A stretch of 64,000 nucleotides of DNA, taken from assembly GCA_016840095.1 (NCBI GenBank), contig JAEOSZ010000031.1:96001-160000 (forward strand), given 5' to 3'. The notes below the pieces were generated by a model. It was not told the origin of the DNA. It saw nothing but the letters and a program-made list of their open reading frames with translations, and did no database searches. Both the position numbers and the translations under genes were made by a program. The stretch comes from Candidatus Heimdallarchaeota archaeon (GTDB lineage: Archaea > Asgardarchaeota > Heimdallarchaeia > Heimdallarchaeales > Heimdallarchaeaceae). Shown in pieces: positions 47,482 to 58,458 of the stretch (its first letter is position 1; every line of letters starts with the position of its first letter).

Positions 47482-50400
47482 ATGATAGGGGTTCTTAGTT
47501 TGCTTGGAAAATTAAGAAATAGAACCATTTCATTTCTCAGTATTTTTCTATTACTTATTTTAGTAATTTCTCTTAACTATACTTCAATACAGAGATCATT
47601 TGGATCTATATTACAAGAAACTGATTTACTGGATTCTTTGAGTGTAGATAATTCTCTCCCTGCATACACACCATATCTTAATGATTTGAGTTCATATCCT
47701 TATACTCCTGTAACAAATCTTACTAAAGCAGGTGATGATTTTGATGTTTCAGATACTCTAGCTGTTTATGACGAGTTTTCTCTAAATCTGTCATATAATC
47801 CCATTACAGGGGATTTTGAAGACAATTTTACCCTTTCTGATTTATCTTCATCTTATGATGAATCTTTGCTAAAGTATAACATGACACATATTCAAGCAAA
47901 ACGAGATTCTTATGTTATTGAAGATGTACAAAATGGTTTTGTTCTCTTTGATGGATCTAGACCTGCGATTGCTCAAAGTTTTGAAGTAAAATGGGAGTAT
48001 GCAATGTTTTATGGTGCAGAAATGCATCTTGCTGATGATGGATCTAATCTTTTCACTGAGTTAGAGCTTTTCGTAGTAAAAGCAGATGAATTCACAGGAG
48101 CTCCTGATCTGAGTTATAATTACTCTAATGAGCTAAATGGTCCCTATGATAATACCAATAGAATTCCTACCACTTTTACATATTATGATTTTGAAGATAT
48201 AGTCTTGGAGCAAGGAAAGTATTTTGTTGTTGGAAAACTTACAGAAAAAGACTGGATTGGACCCAAATTTTTTAGATGGTATAGGAATACATTATCACCT
48301 TATACTAGTGACACTTACTATCAAACAGGATCCCTTACTTGGGAACTCCAAGCTTCTGTAGACCACACTTTTATTGTTGATCTCTTACCAACTTTTCAGA
48401 ACGGTACTGCAAGGGTTTTCGATAATTTAGATGATATTACTATGAAGGATAATGATTTGGAAATATCCTCAATAGATTCTCCAATAACATCTATAGGTTC
48501 TCACAATATAACTTGTGATACTTCATTAGAAATAGCTTTCAACAATTCCTATCATTTTTCAAATAATTATATAGTTACTACACATTATTCTGCTTTCAAC
48601 GGAACTGCTGGATCATACTCGATATATTGGAATTTAACTTGGGATGTTTCATCAGTTGACCCATCTCCCTATCTGACTAGTTACAGATCCATCTATATTG
48701 AAGTAGAAGATGATTGGTTTGAAACTCCTAACTGCTATTACAACGAATCATTATCCTTTTCAGCAACTTTAATTGATAATTACTATAGTTGCATTTTGGG
48801 AACTAACAATTCAGCAGGTACTTTTCGTATAGAAACGTCAAGTAGGAATTATATACAAAACCTTGATTTATCTGATGGGGAAATCAGCACTGACTTCTTT
48901 ACACTTGGATATTGGACAACTGACAGTGTAACTTCAACTGGGCATGAAGGTTCCACTATTTATTCTTCTATTACATTATTAGAAGCTACAGCAACTGGTA
49001 CATTGAATTTTACTTTATTTAATCCTGAAGGTAACATAATTCCTGTAAAAACAGGGCTACCAGCTAACCTTACTTTTACAGACTTAACAGAATACACAAT
49101 TATAGAACCAACTGCTGATAGTCCAGGTTTATTCACTTCAGAGATTACTCTAGATCCATCTGTTTATGGTAGTGATAGTGAAGGTATATGGACAGTCTTC
49201 GTTTATTGGAACAACGGGACTGAAGTAGGATTATTTTCTGTCCCAGTCTACATCCAATCTTCAACATACTTCAATGTTGAATGGGAAGAAATCCCAACAT
49301 ACAATAATTGGATAAACGATACTAATCAACTCATTGTAAGACAGAATGGTGATGAACTTGTGCTCAATACTAGTTACTATAAATTGAGTGAGCCTTTCTT
49401 TACAGGAAATGGTAAATTAATAGAGGACACAAATATCACCTTTACTGCTAGCTGGGGTGAGTCTGGTGTCCTACTGAATGAAAATGATTATCACCTTCTA
49501 TCGTATCAAACAAACTTAACTGCTAATACATATTCAATTGGCTTATCAACAAATGGTGTTTTGTTAGAAAATCATTATGTCAATCTTGATTTACAAGTAT
49601 TCAATATATTCTCAATTGAAGTAATTGAATCATCAATCGAATCTAATTCAACAGATGATTTGAAACTATCATTTAGACTTATTAATGAAACAGACACAAA
49701 TAGAAATCCTATGTCTGTAGTTGAAAGTGAGTTGTCGATTATGATTTTAGACGAGGAAGTAGATCAAGAATATTACTATATAGAATTTGAAGACGGAATA
49801 AATACTGTTATCATCTCAACTCAAGCAATAAAATTCAGTGATTTTGATTTAATGCTTAATGTAACAAAAGCACATTTCAAAACAGATTATACTAATAATA
49901 TAATTGAAACAACTTTTGATATTATTGTTCATCAAGTAAACCCCTCATCTGGCATACCTCCCTACTTGATTGGAGTAATAGGTGGTTCAACATTAGTAGT
50001 TGGAATAATTTCTGGAATAGTTATTCGAAGGTTAAGAAGAAACAAGGAGATAGTAGTTAGACCTGTTGATATATCAGAAGGTTCTAATTTAGTTTCTTTA
50101 TTTGAAAATATACAGTCGCTGAGAAAAGTTCTATTTACTCATACTGCTACTAGCTTACCAGTTTATGAGTATGATATTCAATATGAGAAAACAGTAGATA
50201 CTGCATTAATCACTGGGTTCCTATCTGTTGTAGAAACTATGGGTAAGGAAATAGGAGGTACAGGAACAGGTGGTATTAAGAAATTAGAATATGGGAATTT
50301 TGTTGTCAATACTGCAAGTTCAGAGAATTATTCAGTTTACTTGTTTACATCAACAGAAATAAACGCTGAAATATCTAATCGATTATTCAATCTTGTGATT

Positions 50401-50727
50401 TGGTTTGAAAATAGATTCAAATTAGTATTACCATGGGATGGAACTATGGATGAATTTAATGAGAAAGAACGCATAATACAGGAGAAAATTTTTGAAGACT
50501 TGTATGTATGGCTATTCTTCCCACTTCTGGTTAATACTGTGAAAGTAAATGAAATATATGAATGTGAAGGGATCAATCCAGAAATAGCTGATTTCATAGC
50601 AAAATCCACATCAGTGAAAATTACTAAGTTAATTCAGACATTTCAAGAAGTAGAGTTGAAAGATATACTATACACAGTATTTACTTGTGTAGATAATGAA
50701 TTTCTCTTACAAAAGAAATCTATGTAA
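47482..50727 (+). CDS. Receptor-like single-pass protein with large ectodomain and cytoplasmic longin-like domain
   Basis: N-terminal signal, about 780-aa beta-rich ectodomain, TM then RRLRR, SLPVYE...DTALITGFLS...LEYGNF...FENRF. Confidence 0.75.
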   Translation: MIGVLSLLGKLRNRTISFLSIFLLLILVISLNYTSIQRSFGSILQETDLLDSLSVDNSLPAYTPYLNDLSSYPYTPVTNLTKAGDDFDVSDTLAVYDEFSLNLSYNPITGDFEDNFTLSDLSSSYDESLLKYNMTHIQAKRDSYVIEDVQNGFVLFDGSRPAIAQSFEVKWEYAMFYGAEMHLADDGSNLFTELELFVVKADEFTGAPDLSYNYSNELNGPYDNTNRIPTTFTYYDFEDIVLEQGKYFVVGKLTEKDWIGPKFFRWYRNTLSPYTSDTYYQTGSLTWELQASVDHTFIVDLLPTFQNGTARVFDNLDDITMKDNDLEISSIDSPITSIGSHNITCDTSLEIAFNNSYHFSNNYIVTTHYSAFNGTAGSYSIYWNLTWDVSSVDPSPYLTSYRSIYIEVEDDWFETPNCYYNESLSFSATLIDNYYSCILGTNNSAGTFRIETSSRNYIQNLDLSDGEISTDFFTLGYWTTDSVTSTGHEGSTIYSSITLLEATATGTLNFTLFNPEGNIIPVKTGLPANLTFTDLTEYTIIEPTADSPGLFTSEITLDPSVYGSDSEGIWTVFVYWNNGTEVGLFSVPVYIQSSTYFNVEWEEIPTYNNWINDTNQLIVRQNGDELVLNTSYYKLSEPFFTGNGKLIEDTNITFTASWGESGVLLNENDYHLLSYQTNLTANTYSIGLSTNGVLLENHYVNLDLQVFNIFSIEVIESSIESNSTDDLKLSFRLINETDTNRNPMSVVESELSIMILDEEVDQEYYYIEFEDGINTVIISTQAIKFSDFDLMLNVTKAHFKTDYTNNIIETTFDIIVHQVNPSSGIPPYLIGVIGGSTLVVGIISGIVIRRLRRNKEIVVRPVDISEGSNLVSLFENIQSLRKVLFTHTATSLPVYEYDIQYEKTVDTALITGFLSVVETMGKEIGGTGTGGIKKLEYGNFVVNTASSENYSVYLFTSTEINAEISNRLFNLVIWFENRFKLVLPWDGTMDEFNEKERIIQEKIFEDLYVWLFFPLLVNTVKVNEIYECEGINPEIADFIAKSTSVKITKLIQTFQEVELKDILYTVFTCVDNEFLLQKKSM

Positions 50728-50843
50728 TTCTTTTAAAAATTTTTTTGCACTCCTTTTACATATAATCTAAGTTTTGAAAACTTTTTCGAATTCTTTTTAT
50801 TATAAATACATTAAAATTACTAATATTGAGCAAAATTTCATAT

Positions 50844-51614
50844 CTAGAATACTTCTTCAGAATAGGTACCTGTCCGTTTAACGCTTAATTTGATGTACTC
50901 TTGTTTTACAGATTTTACTGGGGGTAGCTGCAAACCTTTTAGTTGCCCAAAGATTAGAGGATTACTCATAGTAGCTCTTCCAATCATAACTCCAACACAA
51001 CCTATTTCCTTCATTTTTTTAACGTCCTCCTTTGTCTTTATATCTCCATTAGCAACTATCGCTTTTCCAGTTTCTACACATTCGGGAAATACCTTCCAAT
51101 CTGCTTTCCTCTCATAAGATTCTGATCTATATCTAGCATGAACAACAAAGAAATCTGCATCTACTTTTTCTATAAGCTTAAGATATACTTTTTCTCTCTT
51201 TTCCGCTTTGGTTAACCCTAGACGTAGTTTGACATTAACATTGTACCCATGATCTTTGATTATATCAACCATTCTCTTTACTTTTGTTGGTCTCTTAATC
51301 ATTGCACTACCAATTCCTTGTCTAACATATGATTGAGAAGGGCACCCTAGATTCAAGTTAAAACCTTGAAAACCTGATTCAGGTATAAATTCCTTAAGAA
51401 ATTGACCTAGTTTTTCCTCATCCTTCCCCATAATCTGAATCATGGTAGGAGTATCATCATATAATCTGATTCTATCTAAAGCAGATTTGTTTTTTTTGAC
51501 TAATGTCTCAAATCTAATCTGTTCTGTAAAAGTAAGATCTGCACCATATTTATGGCAAATATATCTGAAACAAGAATCAGTTACTTTCTCCATTGGTGCA
51601 AGCATATACTCCAT
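50844..51614 (-). CDS. dus: tRNA-dihydrouridine synthase family protein (catalytic barrel only)
   Basis: LAPME, NLGCP, VHAR, ANGDI, GVMIGR. Confidence 0.88.
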   Translation of the reverse strand: MEYMLAPMEKVTDSCFRYICHKYGADLTFTEQIRFETLVKKNKSALDRIRLYDDTPTMIQIMGKDEEKLGQFLKEFIPESGFQGFNLNLGCPSQSYVRQGIGSAMIKRPTKVKRMVDIIKDHGYNVNVKLRLGLTKAEKREKVYLKLIEKVDADFFVVHARYRSESYERKADWKVFPECVETGKAIVANGDIKTKEDVKKMKEIGCVGVMIGRATMSNPLIFGQLKGLQLPPVKSVKQEYIKLSVKRTGTYSEEVF

Positions 51615-51720
51615 AAATTCTGACTATTTACTTCATTAATAAGTCTTAATACTATTCCAGTTTAGTTTCTCAAAAAACCATTTATTATTAAGTGTATAAG
51701 AAAAAAATGGGAAGAGAAGA

Positions 51721-53490
51721 TTACTTCTTCTTCTTAATGAAAACAAGTGTTCCTGCTGCGACAACGGCTATCCCTGTAACAACACCTGCTATAATACTAG
51801 CAAATTCTCTCACATGAGGAGGATTATATTGAACATATTCACAATTAGAAAGATAACTTAAGCCATATTGATTTTCTGCAACTAAAACATAGTAATAGAT
51901 TCCTTCAGAACTCAGAGTATCTGTATAATTAGCAGATGATATTGAAGATAATGCTGTTAGACCATCGATAGATGAGATATATTCAGTGCTTCTGTATAGA
52001 ATAAACTGTGTAACTCCAGGAACAGCTTCCCAAGTTAGTTCCACTTGATCACTTTCAGAAGGATTAGGTACAATAGGTTGTAATATAGGTTTATCTGGAG
52101 GTCCTGCAAATTTCCTGAGAAAGATATCATCATCTAGGCCACTTCCAAGAATATCAAGTTGATCATCCCAAGCAAATATGACATGATCAGCTGAATTGAT
52201 GGCAATAGTTCCTCCACCAGGGGAATTTACTTGATCAAATGTTACTGACATGACTTTACTCCACTGATTCTTATCAATGTAAAGAACTTTGTATAAGATG
52301 TCCCAGTCAGTAGTTGGACCATAATCTGAGTAATCCATCCAGACGAAATGAACGTTATTTATAGAGTCAACAAGCATTGTAGTCATTGAAATGTCATAAA
52401 ACTGTGAAGTACCTTCAAATCCGCTGGAAACAACTTCTATTACATCCCAACTAGAAAGTGTGTCTACATACCTTCTATAGAAGATGTCTTTATCAGAACC
52501 AGCCAAGAAATAATCTTCATTGTCTTCCCAACATATATGTACATCATCCTTGGTATCGATAACTATTTTCGGAAGTTCAGAAGCAGCACCACTTACTGAA
52601 GATAATACTTCAGTAGTTGACCACATATCTTCTGAAAGAAGATGAATCCTATAGAAAATATCTGAATCTAAACCAGCAGAGAGATAATTTTCTTCATCAG
52701 ACCAGACAAAATGAATGTAGCCTTTGGAATCTATTGCAACTGCAGGAAAAATCGAAGGTGAAGAACTAACAGTTGAGACGACCGTTACGGATCTCCAAGT
52801 TCCTAAGAGTATGTCTTTTTGTTTGTAGAATATATCAGTATCTCCTCCGGCTCCTAGGTAATTAGTTTCATCATACCAGGCAACAACTGGATTATCATGA
52901 TTATCAATTACAATATATGGTGCAAATGAATGGTCTGTACTTTCAGATGATACTACTTCCGTTGTTTGCCAGATTTGTGTAGTAGCATTCCAACATCTGT
53001 AGAAAACATCTGCATCACTTGCTCCTGCTCCTGCATAATCTGAAATATCTTCCCATACAACATGAAGGTTGTCCTTTGAATCAATTGCAATTATAGGTTT
53101 ATATGAGCTTAAATCACATTGTTCAGATACGAAGTATGCTGTAGACCAATCTTGGGTTTCTTCTTCCCAAACACTATGTAGAACAGCTCCATCTGTTCCA
53201 CTTCCTAGATAATCTCCATAGTCTGTCCAAACTACATGAATACTCTCTTTTGAATCTATAGCTATTGAGGGATAGATTGAACCACCACTAGTTACTGTAG
53301 AAACAACTTCTACAGGTGTAAACTCCCAATTTTCCTTATCGGAATTATTGAGCCCGATTGAGGAAAATGGATTTTCTATACTTGTTTTTCCAATTATAGA
53401 ACTTTTTGTTCCTAAATTCAGAAAAAACAGGATAACAAGACTAAACGCTAAAATTCTAATCATTTTTAGTTTTTTTCGCATTAATTCCAC
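51721..53490 (-). CDS. Surface protein: seven ~60-aa propeller repeats + FN3-like domain + C-terminal anchor
   Basis: 7x EVVS...PxIAIDSxxxxHVVWxD...DIFYR; VELTW...YTD...YYYVLVAEN; VREF-TM-KKKK. Confidence 0.8.
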   Translation of the reverse strand: MELMRKKLKMIRILAFSLVILFFLNLGTKSSIIGKTSIENPFSSIGLNNSDKENWEFTPVEVVSTVTSGGSIYPSIAIDSKESIHVVWTDYGDYLGSGTDGAVLHSVWEEETQDWSTAYFVSEQCDLSSYKPIIAIDSKDNLHVVWEDISDYAGAGASDADVFYRCWNATTQIWQTTEVVSSESTDHSFAPYIVIDNHDNPVVAWYDETNYLGAGGDTDIFYKQKDILLGTWRSVTVVSTVSSSPSIFPAVAIDSKGYIHFVWSDEENYLSAGLDSDIFYRIHLLSEDMWSTTEVLSSVSGAASELPKIVIDTKDDVHICWEDNEDYFLAGSDKDIFYRRYVDTLSSWDVIEVVSSGFEGTSQFYDISMTTMLVDSINNVHFVWMDYSDYGPTTDWDILYKVLYIDKNQWSKVMSVTFDQVNSPGGGTIAINSADHVIFAWDDQLDILGSGLDDDIFLRKFAGPPDKPILQPIVPNPSESDQVELTWEAVPGVTQFILYRSTEYISSIDGLTALSSISSANYTDTLSSEGIYYYVLVAENQYGLSYLSNCEYVQYNPPHVREFASIIAGVVTGIAVVAAGTLVFIKKKK

Positions 53491-53614
53491 CTTTAAGTCT
53501 AAACTATACTTTATAGTATTGCTAAAAATAAATATTGTGGCTGCATTTCTTGCATTATTCCAGTCTACAGTTGCTAAATAGAAAACTATTTAGTTTCATA
53601 GATTCGGAAAACTT

Positions 53615-54469
53615 ATGGAAGGAAAAGTTATCTTCATTTCTGGTTCTACTGATGGCATTGGAAAGCAAGCTGCACTTGAGTTAGCAAAAATGGGTGCACA
53701 TGTAATTGTTCATGGGAGAAATGAAGAAAAAACATTAGCTGTTGTAGAGTTTATCAAAACTGAATCAAAAAGTGAAGATATAGATTATGTTCTCGCTGAT
53801 ATGTCTTCATTTGAACAGATAAGAGCAATGTCTGATGTTCTTCATGAACGCTATGAAAGAATAGATGTTCTTGTAAATAATGCTGGAGCACAGATTCACA
53901 AATTTCAATATTCAGAAGATGGATATGAGCTAAATTTTGCAGTAAATCACTTAGCATATTTCTTAACAACTTCTCTCCTCCTGGATATGGTATCAAAATC
54001 TGATTATAAACGTATAGTGGTTGTTAGTTCAGGTATGCATTTCAGACTGGAGGAAATTGATTGGGATGTTTTCAAAGGGAAAAAGGAATATGACCTTTAC
54101 AATTACTATGCTCATTCGAAACTAGCGAATATTATGTTTAGTTATAAACTATCGAGATTACTTCAAAATAAAGAGATTACAGTAAATTGTCTTCATCCAG
54201 GACTCATTAACACTAATCTAAATCCTCAAAGAGCTCCACATATTGTAGCTCGGGCATTACCAGTTGAGTCGGGGATAATTAGCACTATGCGTTTAGTTAC
54301 TGATCCTGCATTAGATGGAGTTACAGGAAAATACTTCACTTCAGATGGAACTGAAACAGAATCTAGTCCCATCTCTTATAATATAGAAGATCAAGAGAAA
54401 TTGTGGACCATTACAGAAACATGTGCAGGTATGAATGTTTTGAAGTTTATTGAATCTGAAAGTCTTTAA
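53615..54469 (+). CDS. Short-chain dehydrogenase/reductase (retinol dehydrogenase-like)
   Basis: SGSTDGIG, NNAG, YAHSK, HPG. Confidence 0.92.
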   Translation: MEGKVIFISGSTDGIGKQAALELAKMGAHVIVHGRNEEKTLAVVEFIKTESKSEDIDYVLADMSSFEQIRAMSDVLHERYERIDVLVNNAGAQIHKFQYSEDGYELNFAVNHLAYFLTTSLLLDMVSKSDYKRIVVVSSGMHFRLEEIDWDVFKGKKEYDLYNYYAHSKLANIMFSYKLSRLLQNKEITVNCLHPGLINTNLNPQRAPHIVARALPVESGIISTMRLVTDPALDGVTGKYFTSDGTETESSPISYNIEDQEKLWTITETCAGMNVLKFIESESL

Positions 54470-54487
54470 AGGAGATTCTTCAATTTC

Positions 54488-55720
54488 TCACTCATTATGA
54501 ACCAAATCATAAAATTCTTTCAATCTATCAGCCATAAATCTTATCTCTCTTTTGTTCATGTTGGGAGTTGAAGGAATGTAAACTATACCATTGTTGAATT
54601 TGACATCAACTTCTTTACCTTCATAATCATGATTGAATACTTTGTAAGTTGGATTAGAAATACAAGATATGTCATATTCAGTTAAGAATTCAAGAAACTG
54701 ATCAACCAATTGTTCTTCAACTTGAAGAGTATTATAAACTGATAAACTGCCTTCTCCCCTTTGCCAAGGTAAGAAGTAAGAAATGACCTCTGGATCCAAG
54801 TATTCTAAGAAGTAAGAATATTTCTTTGCAAACAAAACTTCCATATCTTTGTAGTCATCCAAATGCCTATACATTGATTTAAGTAATCCTTTGGATGGTT
54901 TACTGAGATAGGTTTCACGATCAAACCCAGGATTCTTAGCTCTATACATTTTTGCAAATTCTAACAGACTGAACTTTTTGTTGAAGAAAGTTACAACCCT
55001 AAGAAGTTCAAGAAACACTGCTACAAATATTCGACTATTGTAAAATAGATAAGTTGGTATCTTCTTTAATAATTCCTTAAATCTTTTTCCAGTTTTTTCT
55101 TGAGGTAGTGTTTTTGTGATTTTTACAATACCTTCTATTATTTTCTTATGTTTATTCTCAAGATATAGAAATCCACCACCAAGAGCTATAGGTCTCTTAT
55201 CCATACCCATTGAGTAAATTGGAATATCAACAATCTCATGACTTGTAAGTGTATCCATTGTTCCGCCTTGAACTCTATCTTCGATAACAAAACAGCTATG
55301 TTTCTTCTTAAAATTTACAAGTTTTGATAGATCTATATCTTGTCCAAAATAGTGGGTTATGACAACTAAATCACATTTTTTAACTTCTGGAATTCTTTCT
55401 ATTTCATTGAAGCTTTTGTTTAATTTTATTATATAGATATTTTCAGGTTTTACATATTTTTCAATGATGTTTCTGAATGAAGTGTGTTGTATTGGAGTTG
55501 TTACTACTACTAAATCTTCTTTACTAAAATACTTCATACATGTATCAAATAATGCTCTGCATGAATAACCTAAAACTCTTGTATATTTTTCACCTTCTAT
55601 AGTTAGCTCAAATTCCTTTGATGTCAATAGGTTTGTTATATGTCTTCCGAATTCAATAGGACTTAAAGCTAGGTAGTCTGGTGCTGCTTTGATTATTCTT
55701 GGCATACTTATTTTATCCAA
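54488..55720 (-). CDS. DegT/DnrJ/EryC1/StrS-like PLP-dependent protein
   Basis: VITHYFG, VIEDRVQG, YSMGMDK...GGG. Confidence 0.7.
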   Translation of the reverse strand: MDKISMPRIIKAAPDYLALSPIEFGRHITNLLTSKEFELTIEGEKYTRVLGYSCRALFDTCMKYFSKEDLVVVTTPIQHTSFRNIIEKYVKPENIYIIKLNKSFNEIERIPEVKKCDLVVITHYFGQDIDLSKLVNFKKKHSCFVIEDRVQGGTMDTLTSHEIVDIPIYSMGMDKRPIALGGGFLYLENKHKKIIEGIVKITKTLPQEKTGKRFKELLKKIPTYLFYNSRIFVAVFLELLRVVTFFNKKFSLLEFAKMYRAKNPGFDRETYLSKPSKGLLKSMYRHLDDYKDMEVLFAKKYSYFLEYLDPEVISYFLPWQRGEGSLSVYNTLQVEEQLVDQFLEFLTEYDISCISNPTYKVFNHDYEGKEVDVKFNNGIVYIPSTPNMNKREIRFMADRLKEFYDLVHNE

Positions 55721-55798
55721 AATCAGTGATTTAAAAGGCTAATGGTGGTTCTGAATCTCAAGGAAAGTACTTTTATTCTTATAGTCTTGTAGGATACT

Positions 55799-56398
55799 AT
55801 GAGTGATAGTCAAAGAACTTCGAAATTCCTCCGGACATTATCTTTTATTGGACAACTCATTGTAAAAAGAATGAATACAATTTTGATAATGGAAATTCCG
55901 CCGGAAAAAATACTTGATATTGGTGGCGGGGGAGAAGGAATAATTGCTCAAGTTGGTAGAGAGAGAGTAACAGCTGTTGATAAGTATCAAAGTGAGATCA
56001 ACCAAGCAAAGCATAAAGCTCCTGAAGCTACATGGGTGCTTGCAGATGCTACAAAATTAGGTTATTCTGAAAATTTCTTTGATAACGCAACTTCATTTTT
56101 TAGTATCATGTATATGTCTAATGAAGATAAATCTAAAGTCTTTCAAGAAGTCTATAGAGTGCTTAAACCTGAAGGTGAATTCTGGGTTTGGGATGCATCT
56201 ATATCTAGTGATAAAGGAGTGTTTTTCATAAAAGTAAAAGCAATTCTACCTAACAAAGAAGTTGTTAGAACAGGATATGGTGTCTCTTCTAAGATACAAA
56301 CATCTGATGTTGTGAAAGATTTGCTTGAAAACATTGGATTCAAAGTTGAAGTTGTAGAAGACAATGAGAACTGGTATTTTCTGAAAGCTAAGAAATAA
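55799..56398 (+). CDS. Class I SAM methyltransferase
   Basis: ILDIGGGGEG, FFSIMYM, RVLKPEG. Confidence 0.85.
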   Translation: MSDSQRTSKFLRTLSFIGQLIVKRMNTILIMEIPPEKILDIGGGGEGIIAQVGRERVTAVDKYQSEINQAKHKAPEATWVLADATKLGYSENFFDNATSFFSIMYMSNEDKSKVFQEVYRVLKPEGEFWVWDASISSDKGVFFIKVKAILPNKEVVRTGYGVSSKIQTSDVVKDLLENIGFKVEVVEDNENWYFLKAKK

Positions 56399-56498
56399 AA
56401 TTATCTTCATTTGTTAAGAAAATTTTCGCCTTTAATGAAAGATATTTAATACATTATCTATTTTATCAATGTAACTGCAAAAAGTGAGAGTGACGTAA

Positions 56499-58430
56499 TT
56501 TACTGACAACGATACACAACTCAAGAAAATAGACTCCTTAGTAGATTCTTATAGATACAAGGAAGCCTTAGAAGAAATCACTCAATTAGAGAAGACTCCC
56601 ACTATTTCTGAAGAAGCTTTTGCAGAACTAATGTACAGAAAGTCGTTTATTCTTACACACTTAGGTTATTTTGATGATAGTATATCTCATGCTCAGCATA
56701 CATTGAATCTTTTTGGTGGAAAACTAATCACTCTAACTCAGAAATTTGATCTATATTTTGTAATTATTGAATCTCTTTGGAGGTTGGGTAAATTTGAAGA
56801 GAGTCTTCTGATGATTGAGAGAGTAGAGAATATTGCAAGAAATGAGATTATTGGCGATGAAACATCAGTTATGAAAGAAATTCAAACACAGTTTCAGTTT
56901 CATAAAAGCTGCATTTATTGTTTCATTGATTTAGGTAGATCAACTGATTTTGTTGATAAAAGTTTGAAGCTTTCAAAAGAATTAGAAGATGATGTACTTT
57001 ACGCTAGAAGTCTCTTTAGAAAAGGTAAGATTCTCACTTATCAAGGAATTTTAGATGAATCACATGAGCTTCTAGAGGAGAGTTTAGAAATAGGAAGAAA
57101 ACTAAATGATCATAGTGTAATGGCTAACTCCTTAGTTGCTATAGGAGAAATTCACAGATTGAAAGGAGATTTTGACCAAGCATTACAATTCTTCAATACG
57201 GCTTTAGCTCTTTATCAGGAAATTGGAAATAACTATGGAATGGCAATTACCTACAACAATGTAGGAATAGTCTATTACAGTCAAGGTGATTTTGATAACT
57301 CCTTTGAATTTTTCACCAAAAGTCTTGAAAGAGCATTAGAAATAAACTTTAATTTCACAGTTGTAGAGTCTCTCTACTATTTGATAAATATACTATTGAG
57401 TAGAGATAATTTGTTTGAAGCAAAAGAACACCTAGATATTTCCAGGAATGCATCCAAAGATCAACAAGAGACCATGATTTATTATTATACACAACTCTCT
57501 GAAGCTGTATACAATAGAAAAACTAACAGATTTACTAGCCTAGGAAAAGCTCAAGAGATTCTTGTAGATATAATTGAAAAGAATCTTGTCTATCAGGAAA
57601 TCAATATCCATGCAATGTTAAACTTGTGTGAGATTTTACTTCATGAACTAAGATTTACTAATAATCATGAAATTCTTGAAGATTTAGAAGTTATATCAGA
57701 TAAATTATTGGAGATAGCTAAAGAACAAATCTCAAGGTCTCTTTTAGCAGAAGTTTATTGGTTAAAGGGACGACTTGCACTCATCGATGCAGATATTGAC
57801 AAAGCTACTGGTTTTCTATCTCAAGCGCAAATCATTGCTGAGGATCAGAAACTGGAAAATCTCGCTAGAAAGATTTCAAATGAGCATGATGAAATATTAA
57901 CCGAATATGCAAGTTGGAAAAACATAATAGAAGAGAATACTAGTCTTGCAGACAGAATCAAAGCTTCCCAGGTAGATAAACTAGTTCTGAATATGATAAA
58001 TAGGGCTACATTTGATTTGGAAGAAATAGAAAATGATGCGCCTGTAATGTTGATGATTCTAGATGAAAATGGTATTCCTTTCTTCTCATACCAGTTTGGT
58101 GATGAAGATCAAGTTAATCAAGTTATTTTCTCTGGTTTTCTAACTGCAATCAATAACATTATTCAGGAAGTTTTTTCAACTGAAGGATCTCTTAGAAGAA
58201 TTGAACATCAGAACTATCTACTTATTTTCAGTCAAATTGAAAATGTAATTATATGCTATGCTTTCAAAGGTTCATCCTATTCAGCAAGTAAGAAAATAGA
58301 AGCTTTCAGGAGTAGATTAGTATCTTCACCAATTTGGTTAGATTTTCCTACAATGATTAAGACTGGAAGATCATTAGAGGATGAAAAATTCAAACGTCTT
58401 GAAAATTGGGCAGATGAAATTTTTACATAG
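56499..58430 (+). CDS. TPR protein with C-terminal longin-like domain (start uncertain; first ATG 56631)
   Basis: TPR repeats (GEIHRLKGDFDQAL, NNVGIVYYSQGDFD); C-terminal GIPFFSYQF...FSGFLTAI...CYAFKG; frame open from 56499. Confidence 0.8.
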   Translation, partial: FTDNDTQLKKIDSLVDSYRYKEALEEITQLEKTPTISEEAFAELMYRKSFILTHLGYFDDSISHAQHTLNLFGGKLITLTQKFDLYFVIIESLWRLGKFEESLLMIERVENIARNEIIGDETSVMKEIQTQFQFHKSCIYCFIDLGRSTDFVDKSLKLSKELEDDVLYARSLFRKGKILTYQGILDESHELLEESLEIGRKLNDHSVMANSLVAIGEIHRLKGDFDQALQFFNTALALYQEIGNNYGMAITYNNVGIVYYSQGDFDNSFEFFTKSLERALEINFNFTVVESLYYLINILLSRDNLFEAKEHLDISRNASKDQQETMIYYYTQLSEAVYNRKTNRFTSLGKAQEILVDIIEKNLVYQEINIHAMLNLCEILLHELRFTNNHEILEDLEVISDKLLEIAKEQISRSLLAEVYWLKGRLALIDADIDKATGFLSQAQIIAEDQKLENLARKISNEHDEILTEYASWKNIIEENTSLADRIKASQVDKLVLNMINRATFDLEEIENDAPVMLMILDENGIPFFSYQFGDEDQVNQVIFSGFLTAINNIIQEVFSTEGSLRRIEHQNYLLIFSQIENVIICYAFKGSSYSASKKIEAFRSRLVSSPIWLDFPTMIKTGRSLEDEKFKRLENWADEIFT

Positions 58431-58458
58431 AAAAAAGAAAATAGGGAAAGAATACTAA

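Noticed and set aside
50835-50846. Amber readthrough extending the short Dus protein
   Set aside because: TAG is followed by ATA TGA, so readthrough would add almost nothing.
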